Origin: Macrostomum lignano
Taxonomy: Eukaryota
DNA: 64,000 bases
Direction: 5' to 3'
Assembly (NCBI GenBank): GCA_002269645.1
Contig: NIVC01003024.1
Span: 24,721-88,720, forward strand
Numbering within the stretch: the stretch's first letter is position 1; each line of letters opens with the position of its first letter. Below the pieces are notes generated by a model. That model worked only from the letters and a program-made list of their open reading frames with translations, had not been told where the DNA came from and made no database searches. Positions 46,583 to 60,300 of the stretch are shown one piece after another. Position numbers and translations under genes: made by a program.

Positions 46583-48922
46583 TTAAACTGACTTTTCATT
46601 CAGCATATCAACATATGGATGGTATTTTAATGAAGCATAAAGTTGGCCACGATAAAGCATAAGAGGAACTTGCTGGTGAACAATATGCTGGCTAGGCATA
46701 CAGAATATAGTGTCATCATTTAAAATAGTACATAAATAACAATTATAATGGGTTGAAAATGTAGCTTTAATCTTTATGCAAATGAGAACCCATTTGTTTG
46801 TGACCTTAATGATGCAAGAAATCATTATTAAATCAATATAGCTATCTTTAAATATAGCCAAGCAATATCTTTTATTAAGTGTTGGAGTTTTATAATGAAA
46901 TCCTCTAAAATTTAGAACTGTGGTTGAGAAGCAAATCTGGCCTAATGAATCAAATTTGACATTGAGTGTATTACTTAGTTTGATTTTCTCAGGAGTTGTT
47001 AAAATTGAACTGATTTTAATTATACTACTACACTTTGCTTCTTTTAGATCATGGGGCATGAAATGTGTAACAACTAAAGCCTTTTGAATTTGAAAGTTTT
47101 TTGCACATGTAAAGGCAACATTATTATAGTTTTTACATTGTCTACTTATATTCTTTATTACCTGATGTTGGGCCTCACTTCGCATGCACCAAAGATACCC
47201 TAGACCACTAAAATAATGGTATAATTCTGGATAATGGCAGATATAATATAGTTTACATTTGTATTTTGGGTTAAAGTCAGTGTATTTATATATAGTTTCA
47301 AGTTGTGCTGCTACTAAAAACTTAAAATAATCAATATCAACATCCTTATCATAATATGGTGATAATATAATATTAAGAAAAAGCTTATGGTTGCAGAATA
47401 ATATCCAAATGTCATCATCATAATCAAATAAATCCCCAAAAAGTAAACCAAAATATTGTAAGATGACTATCATTTGACTAGCAGTGCATGGCAAATGAAA
47501 GTTTTTTATGTTATATTTGCTTAGCTTAGGAAGTGACATATCATAAATTTTGCTAAATTGTTCATTTATAAATCCATGCTTACATGATTTTTTCCATAGC
47601 ATTTAATAGTACAAGACACACAACCAGATGTGAAAATCGTTCCAAATCATCATGCATAATATCAGGTAGGAAAAAATATTGCAAATCAATATAAGACAAA
47701 CCCTCAAAAGCTGAATTTCTGACAAAGCCATTGTTTAATTGTTGTGAATCATTGATATTTGATAAATGGGTCCTATAATTAAAGTGAAAGAGTGTATCTA
47801 AATGTTGAATATTTATACTACAAAGCTGTCTATATTCCTTATAACAAAACCTGCATACATACCCACTAGAAAAGCATTTCTGTAAACCTAACATTTGATG
47901 CATAGATAGATTATCCCCAGTCATAAAGCAAGCCACAACAGGCAGTGTTAAAGAAGTATTTATTTCAAATTCCTTATAATATAGATCATTAAGCTCAGCA
48001 ATTAATGGAGACAAGCAAAATTGTAAGCCTGCTTTCTTTATTGTAGACTCAGAAAAACTAGTTGACAAGAAAGATAATTCTAATGATGAATTCAAGTATT
48101 CAGGAAAATTAAGAATACTATAATAAATAACACATAGCTTATGCTTTGTCTTGGCTGATCCAATTGGATTACAAACTTCAATTTCGTCTGAGTACAGTTT
48201 CAAAAAAATCCCACTGTCACTGGTTACCAATGATGATATACATTCTTTAAAATAGGTTGATGTAAAAAAGTTACAATTATTGATACATGGCTCAACAATA
48301 AATTTCATCAAATGTTCATTTTTTATTATTGAAGCAAGCATTTCAGCTATTGGGATATATTGGATTTTAGAACTCATCTCTGGGTGGACAATTTCTATTG
48401 GCTAAACTAAGTTATATTGATGTTTTAGAATATCAAAGACCTTTGAATCAGTTAATAAAAATTCTAATGAGATATCAATCATTTCTTGCATATTAAACTG
48501 ATTATTAATTAAGTTTTTACTAAAAGATGGATATTCCTCCTTTAAAAACTGTTCAAATAGGCAGAGATAATCATGAGCAAATTGTGAAACCATTTCTTTT
48601 ACCAATTCACATAACTGATTAGACTTTTCTTTAGAAAAAAAAATGCATTTTCAAATTTGAAATAATAGTATACAAAGTTTTTAGCAAGGTTTTTTCTTAT
48701 ATTGTCTCGAAGGGTATCACATGTTATTTTTTCTAGATTTATTGTTGGAATACTTTCATTTTCTTCATTTAAGCCATTATTAGGCTCATTGGTACCACTA
48801 AGACTAGGTTGACAATTATCAGGACAGACTTCAACTGTTTCATTTTTTTCATCCTCAGTTTTCAGAGCATTTTCTAAATTAGACATAACATAAGAATCAA
48901 CATTAGTAAGTTGACTATGCAT
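46583..48922 (-). pseudogene. EnSpm transposase, frameshifted
   Basis: Motifs LKLYSDEIEVCNPIGSAKTKHKL, GDNLSMHQMLG...CRFC, PDIMHD and LWCMRSEAQHQ are spread over four overlapping ORFs. Confidence 0.82.
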
Positions 48923-51900
48923 ATGATAAGCATGAGCTCTTAAAGCTTCTATTGAACTACTACTATAAAAAACAATCTAAGATAGGGCAGGTAAAACAGT
49001 GACATCCAAATGAATGTGTAAACTTAATATGAGATATAACCTTAAAAATACTTGACATGAAAATGAACAAAATGTACATTTTATATTTATTTCACTATTC
49101 TTATGATTAGATTTAGAAGCAAGATGCCTATCCACATCCTGTTCCATGAAAATCCTATTTCTAAGACAAAATATCTAATATCTATTCGACTTTACATTAA
49201 TTAAAGAGGCCTGAAGTCAGCGGGAACGTAAGCTTTGACTTCACTACCATCAGGGAGGGCAAATCAGTTTAAAAAAGCTGGAAAAATGGATGGTTTGTCC
49301 AGTCTGTATGTATTGCTTTTGAATGCAAGCATTATAACAGTGGCAAAATATTAACGCAGAATGATTACATAATTATTAATTAACCAAGACTCCTAACTCT
49401 TAGATACTATATTATCAATAGCAGTAAATGTTTTTGCATGATGTTATTAGCATTAACATTTCCTTTCGTTATTTTCAAAAACAAAAGCCAAGTCCCCTAA
49501 ACAAATTCCAGTTGTAGATGCAGTTACTGCTGATAACATTACGTGAATTTGATCATATAACAATTGCTACACAAATTGTAGTTAAACATGGCTTTTTAAT
49601 GGAATAGAAAGCCTTTTTTCATTTTTATAAAAATGGACCTCTAGATGACAAAAGTCCAAATTATAAATTTGGACCTCCGTTGGACCTTTTTGATTCACAG
49701 TGTAGTGAATGCTTTGCCATTATCTGTGTGAATCCAGTGGCATTGGCCATATTCACTGAATACTCTTTCTTGCAATAGCTTAATAATTGTGTCAGCTTTT
49801 TGGTTGCACATTGGAAATGCGAATGGATAGCGAGTATTGCTGTCTACTATTGTTAACACATATTGATGGCCTCTTTTGCTAATCTGAGAAATTGGCCCTA
49901 TCACATCTATGTGTAATCGGTGAAATGGCTCACTAATTGGAAATGACTGAATCGGAGCTTGCACTTTATGGCCTCTTTTGCTCTCTAAGCATGGGATGCA
50001 CTCTGCCACATGCTTTTCTATTGCGGCTACTAAGCCTGATCTCCAAAATCTCTCTAGCTAACTCGCTGAACTGTTTTGTCTCTACCTAAATGTCCTGCTA
50101 GCGGGCTATCATGCAGATCGTTAAACACTAGCTTATCTAACGACTTAGGCAAAACAATTTTCCAGATTCCTTCTTCTTCTATAGTCAACAGATTTCTCTC
50201 TAACTTCATTTTCTCATATTTTCGTCTTAACTGCTTCAGTTCGACTGACTCATTTTTTCTGAATTGGCGGGACTGACAGATTTTCTTGCTTCCACTCTAT
50301 TAGTGTGCAGATTGCTGTATCTTCCCTCTGAGCTTTAACAATTTGCTCCTTCTTCAATGGTACTTGCAAGTAGTCAGTTAGCAATTTTTCAACTTTAGGC
50401 ATCTCACTCTCTCTGTGATCAGGTTCAGTCTCTCTGTTCTGTTGCTTTAAGCTTGAACTCAGTGCTGACACGTCTTCTACCTTCACACCTTTTGCTCCTG
50501 AAATGACTAATGACTTGATCCTAGACTCTGGGTCCTCTGGATGCGGAGTCTGCATCTCTCTTCCTCTTTCCTCTACTCTCTCGCCTACTGCAGCATTCAC
50601 GCTGTTTCTCGGCTTCACGCCTTTTTCACTCTATTTCATTTTCACAGGCTTTCACGCCATTCCTAATCTTGATTGTTTCAGCTACTTCTGCCGGTATTCT
50701 GGACAAACTGTCCGCGTTGGTGTTTTGCACCGCTTCTATGCTCAATATCGAATTGAAATTCATTTAAGCGTTCCACCCAACGTCCTAGAATCGCTTGGGC
50801 CTCTGTTTGCCTTAATAACCATAAAATCGCCTTATGATCTGTGCGCGCTAAAAATCGCTTTCCTATCAGATAAAATCTAAAATGCTTCATTGCATCTACT
50901 AACGCTAGTAACTCTTTCCTAGTTATTGGATAGCGCTTCTGTTTCTTTCATAGCACGACTGAAATATGCTATAGGCCTCTCGATGCCATCTGACTGGATT
51001 TGGCCTAGGCAGGCCCCTATGCGTCCATCACTAGCATCAGTATCTAAGACCATTCTAACATTTTCATCGTCTACAAATTCTGGATAAGCTAACACTTCTG
51101 TTGACATCATTCTTTTCTTAAGCTCCCCAAATGCTTCATCATGAGCCCTAGTCCACTTTGCCTGAAAGTTCTGCACTCCTTTCCTAGTTAATTGAAATAA
51201 CAGATGTGCAGCCTCAGCATAATTCTTAACAAAGCGACTATAATAATTACATAATCCTAGGAAACTTCTCCGCTCTTTCACATCTTTCGGCTTTGGCCAG
51301 CTCCTAATAGCTTCTATCTTAGCTTCATCAGTCCTAATTCCTTCTCTTCCAATTACATGGCCTAAATATTTTAACTCGCTGTGGAATAGATTGCACTTCT
51401 TAGCTCTTAGCTTCAGTCCTGCACTAATTAGTCTTTTAAATACCTCTGAGGTGTTCTAAATGATCTTCAAACTGCTTAGAATAGGTCACTATGTCGTCTA
51501 TGTATGACATGGCATGTTTATGTTAAATGCCTGCTAATACTAGATTCATAAGCCTTTGAAAAGTACCTGTGGCATTAGATAAGCCCTGAGCCATAACTTG
51601 GTACTCAAACTGACCTCTTGTTAATGTTGAGAATGCGGTCATAAACTTGTGTTCCTCTTTTATCGGAACTTGCCAATAACCAGAATTCAGGTCAAGGCTG
51701 CTAAAGTATTGACTGCCTGTTAAGTTCGAAAATGTCTCCTGAATATTTGGCAGCGGATACGGAAAGTAATTCACTCGTGAATTCAGCACTCTAAATTCAC
51801 TAACTATTCGAATAGTACCATCTTTCTTAGGTACAATCACTAAAGGTGTTGAATAAGTCGAATAGCATGGCCTAATTAAGTTCTTAGCTAACATGTCATC

Positions 51901-53316
51901 TAGCTGGGCATCTACCTGTTTCTGCAGATGAGGGGGGATCCTTCTGGTTGGAATCCTAACAGGTGTCTCGTCTCTTAATGAGATCTCATGCGTGACTAAC
52001 GATGTTAAGCCCATGTCTAGATCATGTTGCGAAAAGGCCTCTCTATGCTCTTTTACGAGCTGAATCACTCTATCTCTCTGTTCTGCGGTCAAATTTTCGC
52101 TAATATCTATTTCGCTAATCCAAGTTTCACATGTAGATTGCGTTTGATTGACACGTCCGGTGATTGGCTGATCTGGTGGCACGGTTTGATCTACTCCACC
52201 ATTCATGTAGGTGAGCTCTCTAGTTCTGATTGGCTTAGCTAAACCTACTAAGGTTGATTTCGGCAATTTCACCTCTACCGTGCTTTGATTCACTACTTCT
52301 ACTATGGCTACGCCATCGCGCATAGTAACTAAGGTCGGATTCATGTCTAATGTCTTGCCTTTAGTTCTTATACTACTTCCAATAGTCTCAATAGTCATTG
52401 GCGTACCATAATTAGCTTCTGAATTGTTGGCTAATCTCACTGGAACTCGCAGTGCGCTATTAGGCGGAACTACTGCCCTCTCCTGAGTATATACTCGGCA
52501 GACTTTTACTGGCAAATGAGTATACTGCATGGGATTACAATACAAGTCCCCTCTTTTAAAATTAACATGCCTTTGGCTAATTGGATGCTCTCACAGCGAT
52601 CTTTAAAGAATTCCATGCCTAATATGTTGTCACAATTGTGGCTGCAAAGTAGAAATTCTATTTCTAATTCTAAATCTCCGAACTGCACTAAAGTACTTGC
52701 TTTCTCCTTCTAATTTCACTGTAGTTCCATCAAATGTGGAAACTCTCCTACTTGTCTCTAATCTGATTCGGCTCGAATACTTTTGACCAAACTGATCTAC
52801 TTAGAAAATTATTTTGAGCGCCTGTGTCTATTAGAAAGTCTACTTCTTGATTATCGATACTGCCTACTACTATTGCTTCATAGCCTGTCTGGTTTACTAA
52901 TTCAACCTTTGGTTTCGGAAAAACCTTTTGCTTAACTATTTTCTTAGGCTTTGGCTGGCGAAAATCGGGTTCGGATTCTTCTTCTACTACTGGTGCTAGG
53001 TTTTCAGTAGCATAAGCAGGATTGACACATGATGATGCGGCTGGTGCATACGCATGAGGTGCTGACGCAGAATAAGTGGAAATTGGTGCTGGTGCAAACG
53101 CATTATTTACATGCACACCACCCATGTGTCTTTTTCGCATTGGGACTGTTCGCCAACCTTCACTATATACACTATATTTACAATTAGAGGCCTTCATTTT
53201 GTACTCATTTCTCCTAGAGGGTCGTGGCCTCTCATGCCACCCTCTGTACTCTAGTTTCCCTGTTTGCGGTTCACTCGGCACTGGTGACCTATACCAGGCC
53301 TTATTGAGCCGGGTTG

Positions 53317-53748
53317 CTGGCAAATTGCGCACCTTCCTGGCTGCGGCGAATAAGAGCGAATCGGAAACTCTCTCCTAGGTCTAGGCTGATAATATGCCGG
53401 AAATCTCGGCTGAAATGCCGGTTGCTGGCAAATTGCGCACCTTCCTGGCTGCGGCGAATAAGAGCGAATCGGAAACTCTCTCCTAGGTCTAGGCTGATAA
53501 TATGCCGGAAATCTCGGCTGAAATGCCAGTTGCTGGCAAATTGCGCACCTTCCTGGCTGCGGCGAATAAGAGCGAATCGGAAACTCTCTCCTAGGCCTAG
53601 GCTGATAATATGCCGGAAATCTCGGCTGAAATGCCGGTTGCTGGCAAATTGCGCACCTTCCTGGCTGCGGCGAATAAGAGCGAATCGGAAACTCTCTCCT
53701 AGGTCTAGGCTGATAATATGCCGCAAATCTCGGCTGAAACGCCGGTTG
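53317..53748 (-). repeat. 108-bp x4 in-frame tandem repeat in the gypsy gag nucleocapsid region
   Basis: Units start at 53317, 53425, 53533 and 53641; each encodes QQPAFQPRFPAYYQPRPRREFPIRSYSPQPGRCAIC. Confidence 0.92.
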
Positions 53749-54576
53749 CTGCTGATAATTCCATCGCGGCATCTGAGCTGGGCATGGCTGCGGTCTAGCC
53801 ATAGGTGGTGGCTTGTGCGCCATCAGCTCCTTAATCAGCTTCTTCTGTTGCTCTAACTCACTCTTCTGCTGTTGAACTAAATCTTGGAGCTTCTTCTCTT
53901 GCTCTCCTTCTCCCTTTCATCATCCTAACACCTCCTTTGTGCGATAGTTGCCATGCGGCCTCAATTCGCCTTAGCATTCGCCTAGCTTCTTGCAGATTCG
54001 CAGGTTGGCGAAGATTAACTTTTCCCTAGTATCTGGCGGAATCCTAACTCCTTTAATAAACTGCTCTACTATCTCTTCCTCTCGCTGTTCTGCATTCATG
54101 TTCGGGAAGGCCCTATCTGATAGCTCAATCAGCCCATCAGCATAAGCGTCCTTTGACTCATTCCTTCCTTGCATTCTGTCTCTAAACTCTTCCCTAAACT
54201 CTGACGCATTTCCTATTCTACCAAATCTCTCGATCAAGTGCTCCTTGAATTCTTCATACCCTAGATCTTCTGGCAGATTAAGTCGCTGTATAGCGGTGAA
54301 CGCTGTTGCTAAGCCTAAATTAGCTAATAGCTCAGTTTTCCTATGATTCTCCTCAATTCCTTCTGATTCACACCTCTGGTCAAAAGCTGTCAACCAGATC
54401 CTAATGTCTTGGCTTGGCGTGTACTTCTGAATTCTCACATGCCTCGCCGGTCCTTCTTCTAGACGATTCTTAAGTTCTTCGGCTAGTAACGCTCGTGCGT
54501 CATTAATTCCTGCCATTTTTCACTTATCTAGTTAGTTTTCCGCTGGTTTCTTGATCCCTTTACGCTGCCACCAAGT

Positions 54577-54728
54577 TGTTCCAGGGGAAACTCCTGTCCT
54601 ATTATTTCACCGTGCTGCAGACCTAGTTGTCTGTCTAAAATTACTAAATTTCTACTTTAAATATTCAAAACTATGAATTTTTCCTAGGAATTCCTAACTC
54701 ACACGATTTCTTAGAAAACCTTGTGATA
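54577..54728 (-). repeat. 5' LTR of the minus-strand gypsy element
   Basis: Ends ...GGAACA, 3 nt before the PBS; duplicated at 39252-39403. Confidence 0.82.
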
Positions 54729-55769
54729 GCGTGTAGTGCCCGAGTGGTAAGACACTGTCTAATTCCCTAGTTCAGTCCGAAAGTCTAGCGTTTTCCGGGC
54801 ATCAAGGTTGTCTAGCGGTAACTAATCTACTTCCCTAATACCTAATCTCTTAATGCCTAATGTCTATTGTTAGCCTGTACGGCTTCCTTAGGGTCGGAGG
54901 ATTAAATAGTTTATAAATAGTTTATAGTTTAAACTAAACTATAAACTAAACTTTATAAATAGTTTATAGTTTTATAGTTTAAATAGTTTATAAGGATTCT
55001 GCCTCAATTGTTAATTGCGCAGGCGGTAGTTATTAGAGAAAAATATTAATTTCACAAGATGTCCACGGCCGGTGCCGGGTGCCGAACGACTAACTATTAA
55101 GCGAAACTATTAAAACTTACTTAGCAGAGGCAAAAACTATAAACACTAAACAGAAACTGGATAAACACAAACACTAATGAACGAGCACAAACCACGGAGT
55201 TTACACGAGGAAAAACGACAAATACGGAAAAAAATGCGCGCGCGCGAACAAACCAAAAGGCAGCCCGAAATGGTCTTATAAATAGGGGAAACAATGTCGT
55301 CCGGACAGGGATGGGGCAACAGATGGGGCAGGAAGGCGAAGGATGGGGCAAGGAATGGGGCAGACGATGGGGCAGCGGACGACACTAAAGCCGCAAACGG
55401 GAATTAACAAACAATTGAGCAATGGCAAAAGATGGGGTGAGGGATGGGGCAAGGGACGGCGCACCGAGTGACGGAAAAACAGAGAGTCATGAGCAAGTGT
55501 CACCACACGGCGTCATCACGTTCGTCGGTCAGTGGTAGATCGCCCTACCACATTATTAATGTTAAAAATTGAAAAAATATTCGAAACAGGTAGAGTAAAA
55601 CAAAGATACTTTTAGTAAACTATATTATAAACCTAGAAACTTATAAAATATACCTAAAAAAGTACAATAAAACACTAGCAAACTCCAATTTTTATTAATG
55701 TGAAACAGTCTAGCGTTAGTACTTTCAATAACGATTAAGTATTGTTGCTCTGAAAAAAGACAAAATATA

Positions 55770-56030
55770 ATATTACAAAGACAATTAAGTGTTTCTTTTA
55801 TTTTCTAATTTAATTTGCAGTTGTTTAAGCACTAGGTTATCTTCTTGAGTCAAAATGTTTTGTTTTGTAGACTTTTTGTTAAAACTACGGCTACGGCTAC
55901 GGCTACGGGAACTACGGAAATATGGTAATTTCGGGGTCCCTACGGCTACGGAACACGGAGAATTGGAGTAAGCAGTAGTTTTGCTTACGGCTACGGCTAC
56001 GGTACATGGACCCTCCTTACGGCGGAACAC
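55770..56030 (-). mobile_element. Second, CpG-rich copy (one end) of the MITE-like element at 5210
   Basis: Reverse complement CCGCCGTAAGGAGGGTCCATGTACCGTAGCCGTAGCCG... aligns to 5222-5470. Confidence 0.7.
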
Positions 56031-57334
56031 TACTGAATATAAAGATAGTGCTTAGCCTTAGCCAGTTATTTTAGGTAGCTATCATTAGTTTGTTATTGTT
56101 AATGCAAGTGCAAATTCAACTATTAAATGCTAATGGCTTGCTAAAAATTTGTATTAATCATGTGATAACTGGCTGATTAGCTTTGCTAGTCTATTGCTAC
56201 CTTAAGCTTAGTTAGCTAAAGCTTAACCATTAGCCAAGATTATTTGCTAAAATTCTAAAAATGCGTAAATATTCATTAAAATGAGGGTTGACCAACTTTT
56301 TACTTCAAGGGCCTGATAAGGAATCTAGGTCATTTCTATGGGCTAGATAAGAGTGGAAATGAGATGGAATAGTTAAGAGAAAAGACAAAAGAGGAGATAA
56401 GAGATGACAGAAAAGAGGAGAAATAAGAGCCAAAATGGTAGACATGATGAGAGAAGAGAAAAGATAAAGATAGGAGAGAGAGAAAGGTAAGGCAATGAAA
56501 GGATAGAAAAGAGGAGATGAGAAGAGAAAGGAAAAAAGAGGAGAAAAGATGAGAAGAGAGAGGAAAAGAGATGTGATAAGAGATGAGAGGAGAAAAGAGA
56601 GATGAGAGAAGAGAGAAGATAATAGATGAGAGGAAAGGAGAAAAGGAGACAAGATGAGAGAAGAGAGAAAGGAGAGGAGAGAACTTAGAAAAGACACAAA
56701 CCTTGAGCAGGCTAGATTGCTATTGTGAACTTTCAATGGACCTAAAAGCCAGATAGAGAGACCTTGTGGACACATGTGGCCTGCGGGTCAGAGTCTGCTG
56801 ACCTTGCATTAAAGATATGGCACAGAGTTCTTAAAGGGTTATTGATAGACTGGTGAAGTCTAATGGATAGAATTTTTTTTTCTATGCAACAAATGCTGAA
56901 GAATACCATATGCAAAGTATTCTTGCCAAGGGCTGCACTGTGGCTATGCCAAATGCCACAGAAAGTGGTATACACCAAGCACTATATTGCATTAACTGCA
57001 ATGCTCATACCATACATTCATGCCACTTTACAAAAAATATCTTTGCATTGCTGGATCATTTAATATCTGCGTATTGGCCTGTGTTAGACTATCAGAATTT
57101 GGCTCCTGTTTCTGCAAACCTCCATCCATTTTAATACTCTCAGTGATAAAATGATGCTAAGGCAAAAATGCAAAAATAGACTATCTTGACACATTTAGCA
57201 TAGGTTTAAAAAGTGTAAACTAGAATTCAGTTCTATAATATCTATATATATATATCTATTAATATCTGTTAAAATTATGGTTGAAACCATATAAAATTTC
57301 ATTATTGCAGATAAAAGAAAACTAAACATCTAAA

Positions 57335-60300
57335 ATGGCTAAACCATTGTGGCAATATGAAGATGGGCCTGATGTTTGGAGAAACTACTCAGATAAACAC
57401 ATAACAGCGTTGAATGCTGCTATTGCTGCTAATAGTAATACTGTAAGTACTCGTAGATTGCACATTTTTATAACTTGAACAAAGAATTATCGAAATATTG
57501 AATTTGAAACAATCAAAACAATATTTGATTTAGTGCGATCTGAAGCTGCCCAATAATTATGAGATTTCGGTCGACTTTGACAAAGGCATTCAGACTCGGA
57601 AAGGTGGCACGACTGGGTCATCGCGTAAAGTTCGAGTTGTGTTTGTGCTACAGTCAGGCAATAGTGCAACTCGTGGTGAGTTTTAAAATCTCAGATTGGA
57701 AATATCAGTAGCCTATGTCAGATTGTCAGTAGCTCCTATACTGTCAGTAGCCTATGTCAGATTGTCAGTACCCTATGTCAGATTGTCAGTAGCCTATGTC
57801 AGATTGTCAGTAGCCTATGTCAGACTGTCAGTACCCTATGTCAGATTGTCAGTAGCCTATGTCAGACTGTCAGTACCCTATGTCAGATTGTCAGTAGCCT
57901 ATGTCAGACTGTCAGTAGCCTATGTCAGATTGTCAGTAGCTCCTATACTGTCAGTAGCCTATGTCAGATTGTCAGTAGCTCCTATGTCAGATTGTCAGTA
58001 GCTCCTATGTCAGATTGTCAGTAGCTCCTATGTCAGATTGTCAGTAGCTCCTATGTCAGATTGTCAGTAGCTCCTATGTCAGATTGTCAGTAGCTCCTAT
58101 GTCAGATTGTCAGTAGCTCCTATGTCAGATTGTCAGTAGCTCCTATGTCAGACTGTCAGTAGCCTATGTCAGACTGTCAGTAGCCTATGTCAGACTGTCA
58201 GTAGCCTATGTCAGACTGTCAGTAGCCTATGTCAGACTGTCAGTAGCCTATGTCAGACTGTCAGTAGCCTATGTCAGACTGTCAGTAGCCTATGTCAGAC
58301 TGTCAGTATCCCATGAACCGTCGCCCTCGCAGAGGTCGCAGCGCTGTGGCAGGCTGACCTGAAGCCGTGGTCCAACATGCCCCCGTCAGCGGCCCACAAG
58401 CTGGAGGCCGCGCACAGCCGGGGTGACGCCTCCGTCTCCGTCAGCATCGGCGGCAACTCCTACACGGTGGACCTGCGCAAGCTGCACCAGACCAACGACA
58501 GGACCGGCTTTCGTAGAAATATTCGCCGAAGAGTTCTGGCCGAGCGGGAATTTAAAAGTGCAACCGCTGCGGCCAAGTCTACTGGGGCGGGTGAGCTGGT
58601 GGCTGTCTGTCGCTCTGTCAGTTACTCTCCCAACTTATCCTTCACTCTCGAGTCTTGACTGCTTGTCACTCACTTATCCGTCACTCTGTTAACTGTCTGT
58701 CACTCACCAAACCTACCTGTCACTCTGTTAACTGTCTGTCACTCCGTCACTCTTTCCCCTCTCGCAAACCTCTGCAGCAGCTCCGCCGGCGCCTTCAGCG
58801 CCAACCCGCCGAACCAGCGGCCGTCTGGCAGCTGGGGCTCGCAAGCGGCCAGCCGCGTCTCCGTCGCCTCCACCATCTGATGATGATGTCGGTGATGACG
58901 AAGAAGCCCAGAAGCGGCAGCAAAAGCAGAAACGCCAGAAGCAGAAGAACGGTAGCAGCGGTCGTGCAGCAGCATCAGCAGCAGCTGAGGAGGATGAAGA
59001 CGGCTCAGACGAGAAGGTGGTGCTTGTCCGCGGTGGCGCCGCGGTGGACTCCGAGCTGACGGGCCTGTCGGCAGCTTCAGTTCGAGTCCACGCCGAAGGC
59101 GGCACAGTGTACGACGCTATGCTGAACCAGACCAACTTGCAGTTTAACAACAACAAGTTCTACCTGTTGCAGCTGTTGCACAAGGCGCCCAGAGACTACT
59201 GGGTCTGGTTCCGCTGGGGCCGGGTGGGCAAAACCGGTCAGCACAGTCTGGTGCCTTGTGGTCCCGACCTTGACCGGGCCAAGGCGCTCTTCTGCAAGAA
59301 GTTCGAGGATAAAACAAAAAATGAATGGGCATCTGTGGCTGCTAAAACTTTTACCAAGGTTGGTCTTGCTGGTTTCGGGTTGTGGTACCTTGGTTCAGGG
59401 TTCGGGTTGTGGTACCTTGGTTCAGGTTTCTGGTTGTGGTACCTTGGTTTAGGGTTTGGGTTGTGGTACATTGGTTCAGGGTTCTGGTTGTGGTACCTTG
59501 GTTCAGGGTTCTGGTTGTGGTACCTTGGTTCAGGGTTCTGGTTGTGGTACCTTGGTTCAGGGTTCGGGTTGTGGTACCTTGGTTCAGGGTTCTGGTTGTG
59601 GTACCTTGGTTCAGGGTTCGAGTTGTGATACCTTGGTTCAGGGTTCGGGTTGTGGTACCTTGGTTCAGGGTTCTGGTTGTGGTACCTTGGTTCAGGGTTC
59701 TGGTTGTGGTACCTTGTTCAGGGTTCGAGTTGTGGTACCTTGTTCAGGGTTCGAGTTGTGGTACCTTGGTTCAGGGTTCGAGTTGTGATACCTTGGTTCA
59801 GGGTTCGGGTTGTGGTACCTCGTGGTACCTTACCTGGGAAATTCTGGTTCTAAAAAGACGAAATTGAAACCTTTTTTTAAAATAACTTTTCAGAAATTTG
59901 ATGCTCTTTCTTATAGCTCTACTGTCAGTAGAAAATAAAAGTTTTTTTTCTACCAAAAAAACGCTTAAAAATAATGTAAATTAATTTGTGTAGGTGGCTG
60001 GCAAGTACGATCTGGTGCACCGGGATCACAAGGCTGGCGGCGACGGCGGCGCAGGTGACGACAAAGCTGACAAAGCAGCCAAGAAACAGGCCGCCGCTGA
60101 GCGGAAAGCTGAGGCGGCCAGCCGGCTGCACGCGGCACTGCAGGCCCTGCTGGGCATGATCTGCGATGTGCAGCAGATGGAGGACACGGTGGTTGAGATG
60201 CGCTACGATGCCAAGCGGATGCCTCTTGGCAAGCTGACCGCCGCCCAGATCAAAGCCGGTTTCGTAGCCCTCAAAGCTATCGAAGCGCTGGTCCGAGGCG

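Larger units (their letters stand above)
44004..49702 (-). mobile_element. CMC-EnSpm (CACTA-type) DNA transposon, 5.7 kb, nested in the gypsy integrase
   Basis: Ends CACTGCGGTGCAAAAAGGTCC and (reverse complement) CACTGTGAATCAAAAAGGTCC. TA duplicated at 44002-44003 and 49703-49704; excision restores GKAFTSKQF. Subterminal GGTCC/GGACC repeats in both orientations. Confidence 0.92.
42800..54728 (-). mobile_element. Decayed Ty3/gypsy LTR retrotransposon split by an EnSpm insertion; may extend to 39252
   Basis: 5' LTR 54577-54728; PBS TGGTGGCAGCG at 54563-54573; gag 53971-54516; protease LIDTGA near 52830; RT (LDLNSGYWQV, YIDD) 51490-52000; RNase H (LDTDASD) 50919-51281; integrase in two halves, 49703-50009 and 43301-44003. 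Multiple stops and frameshifts. Confidence 0.92.

Noticed and set aside
56305-56775. Hydrophobic Leu/Ser/Phe-rich ORF
   Set aside because: Translation of a (GA)-rich low-complexity tract.
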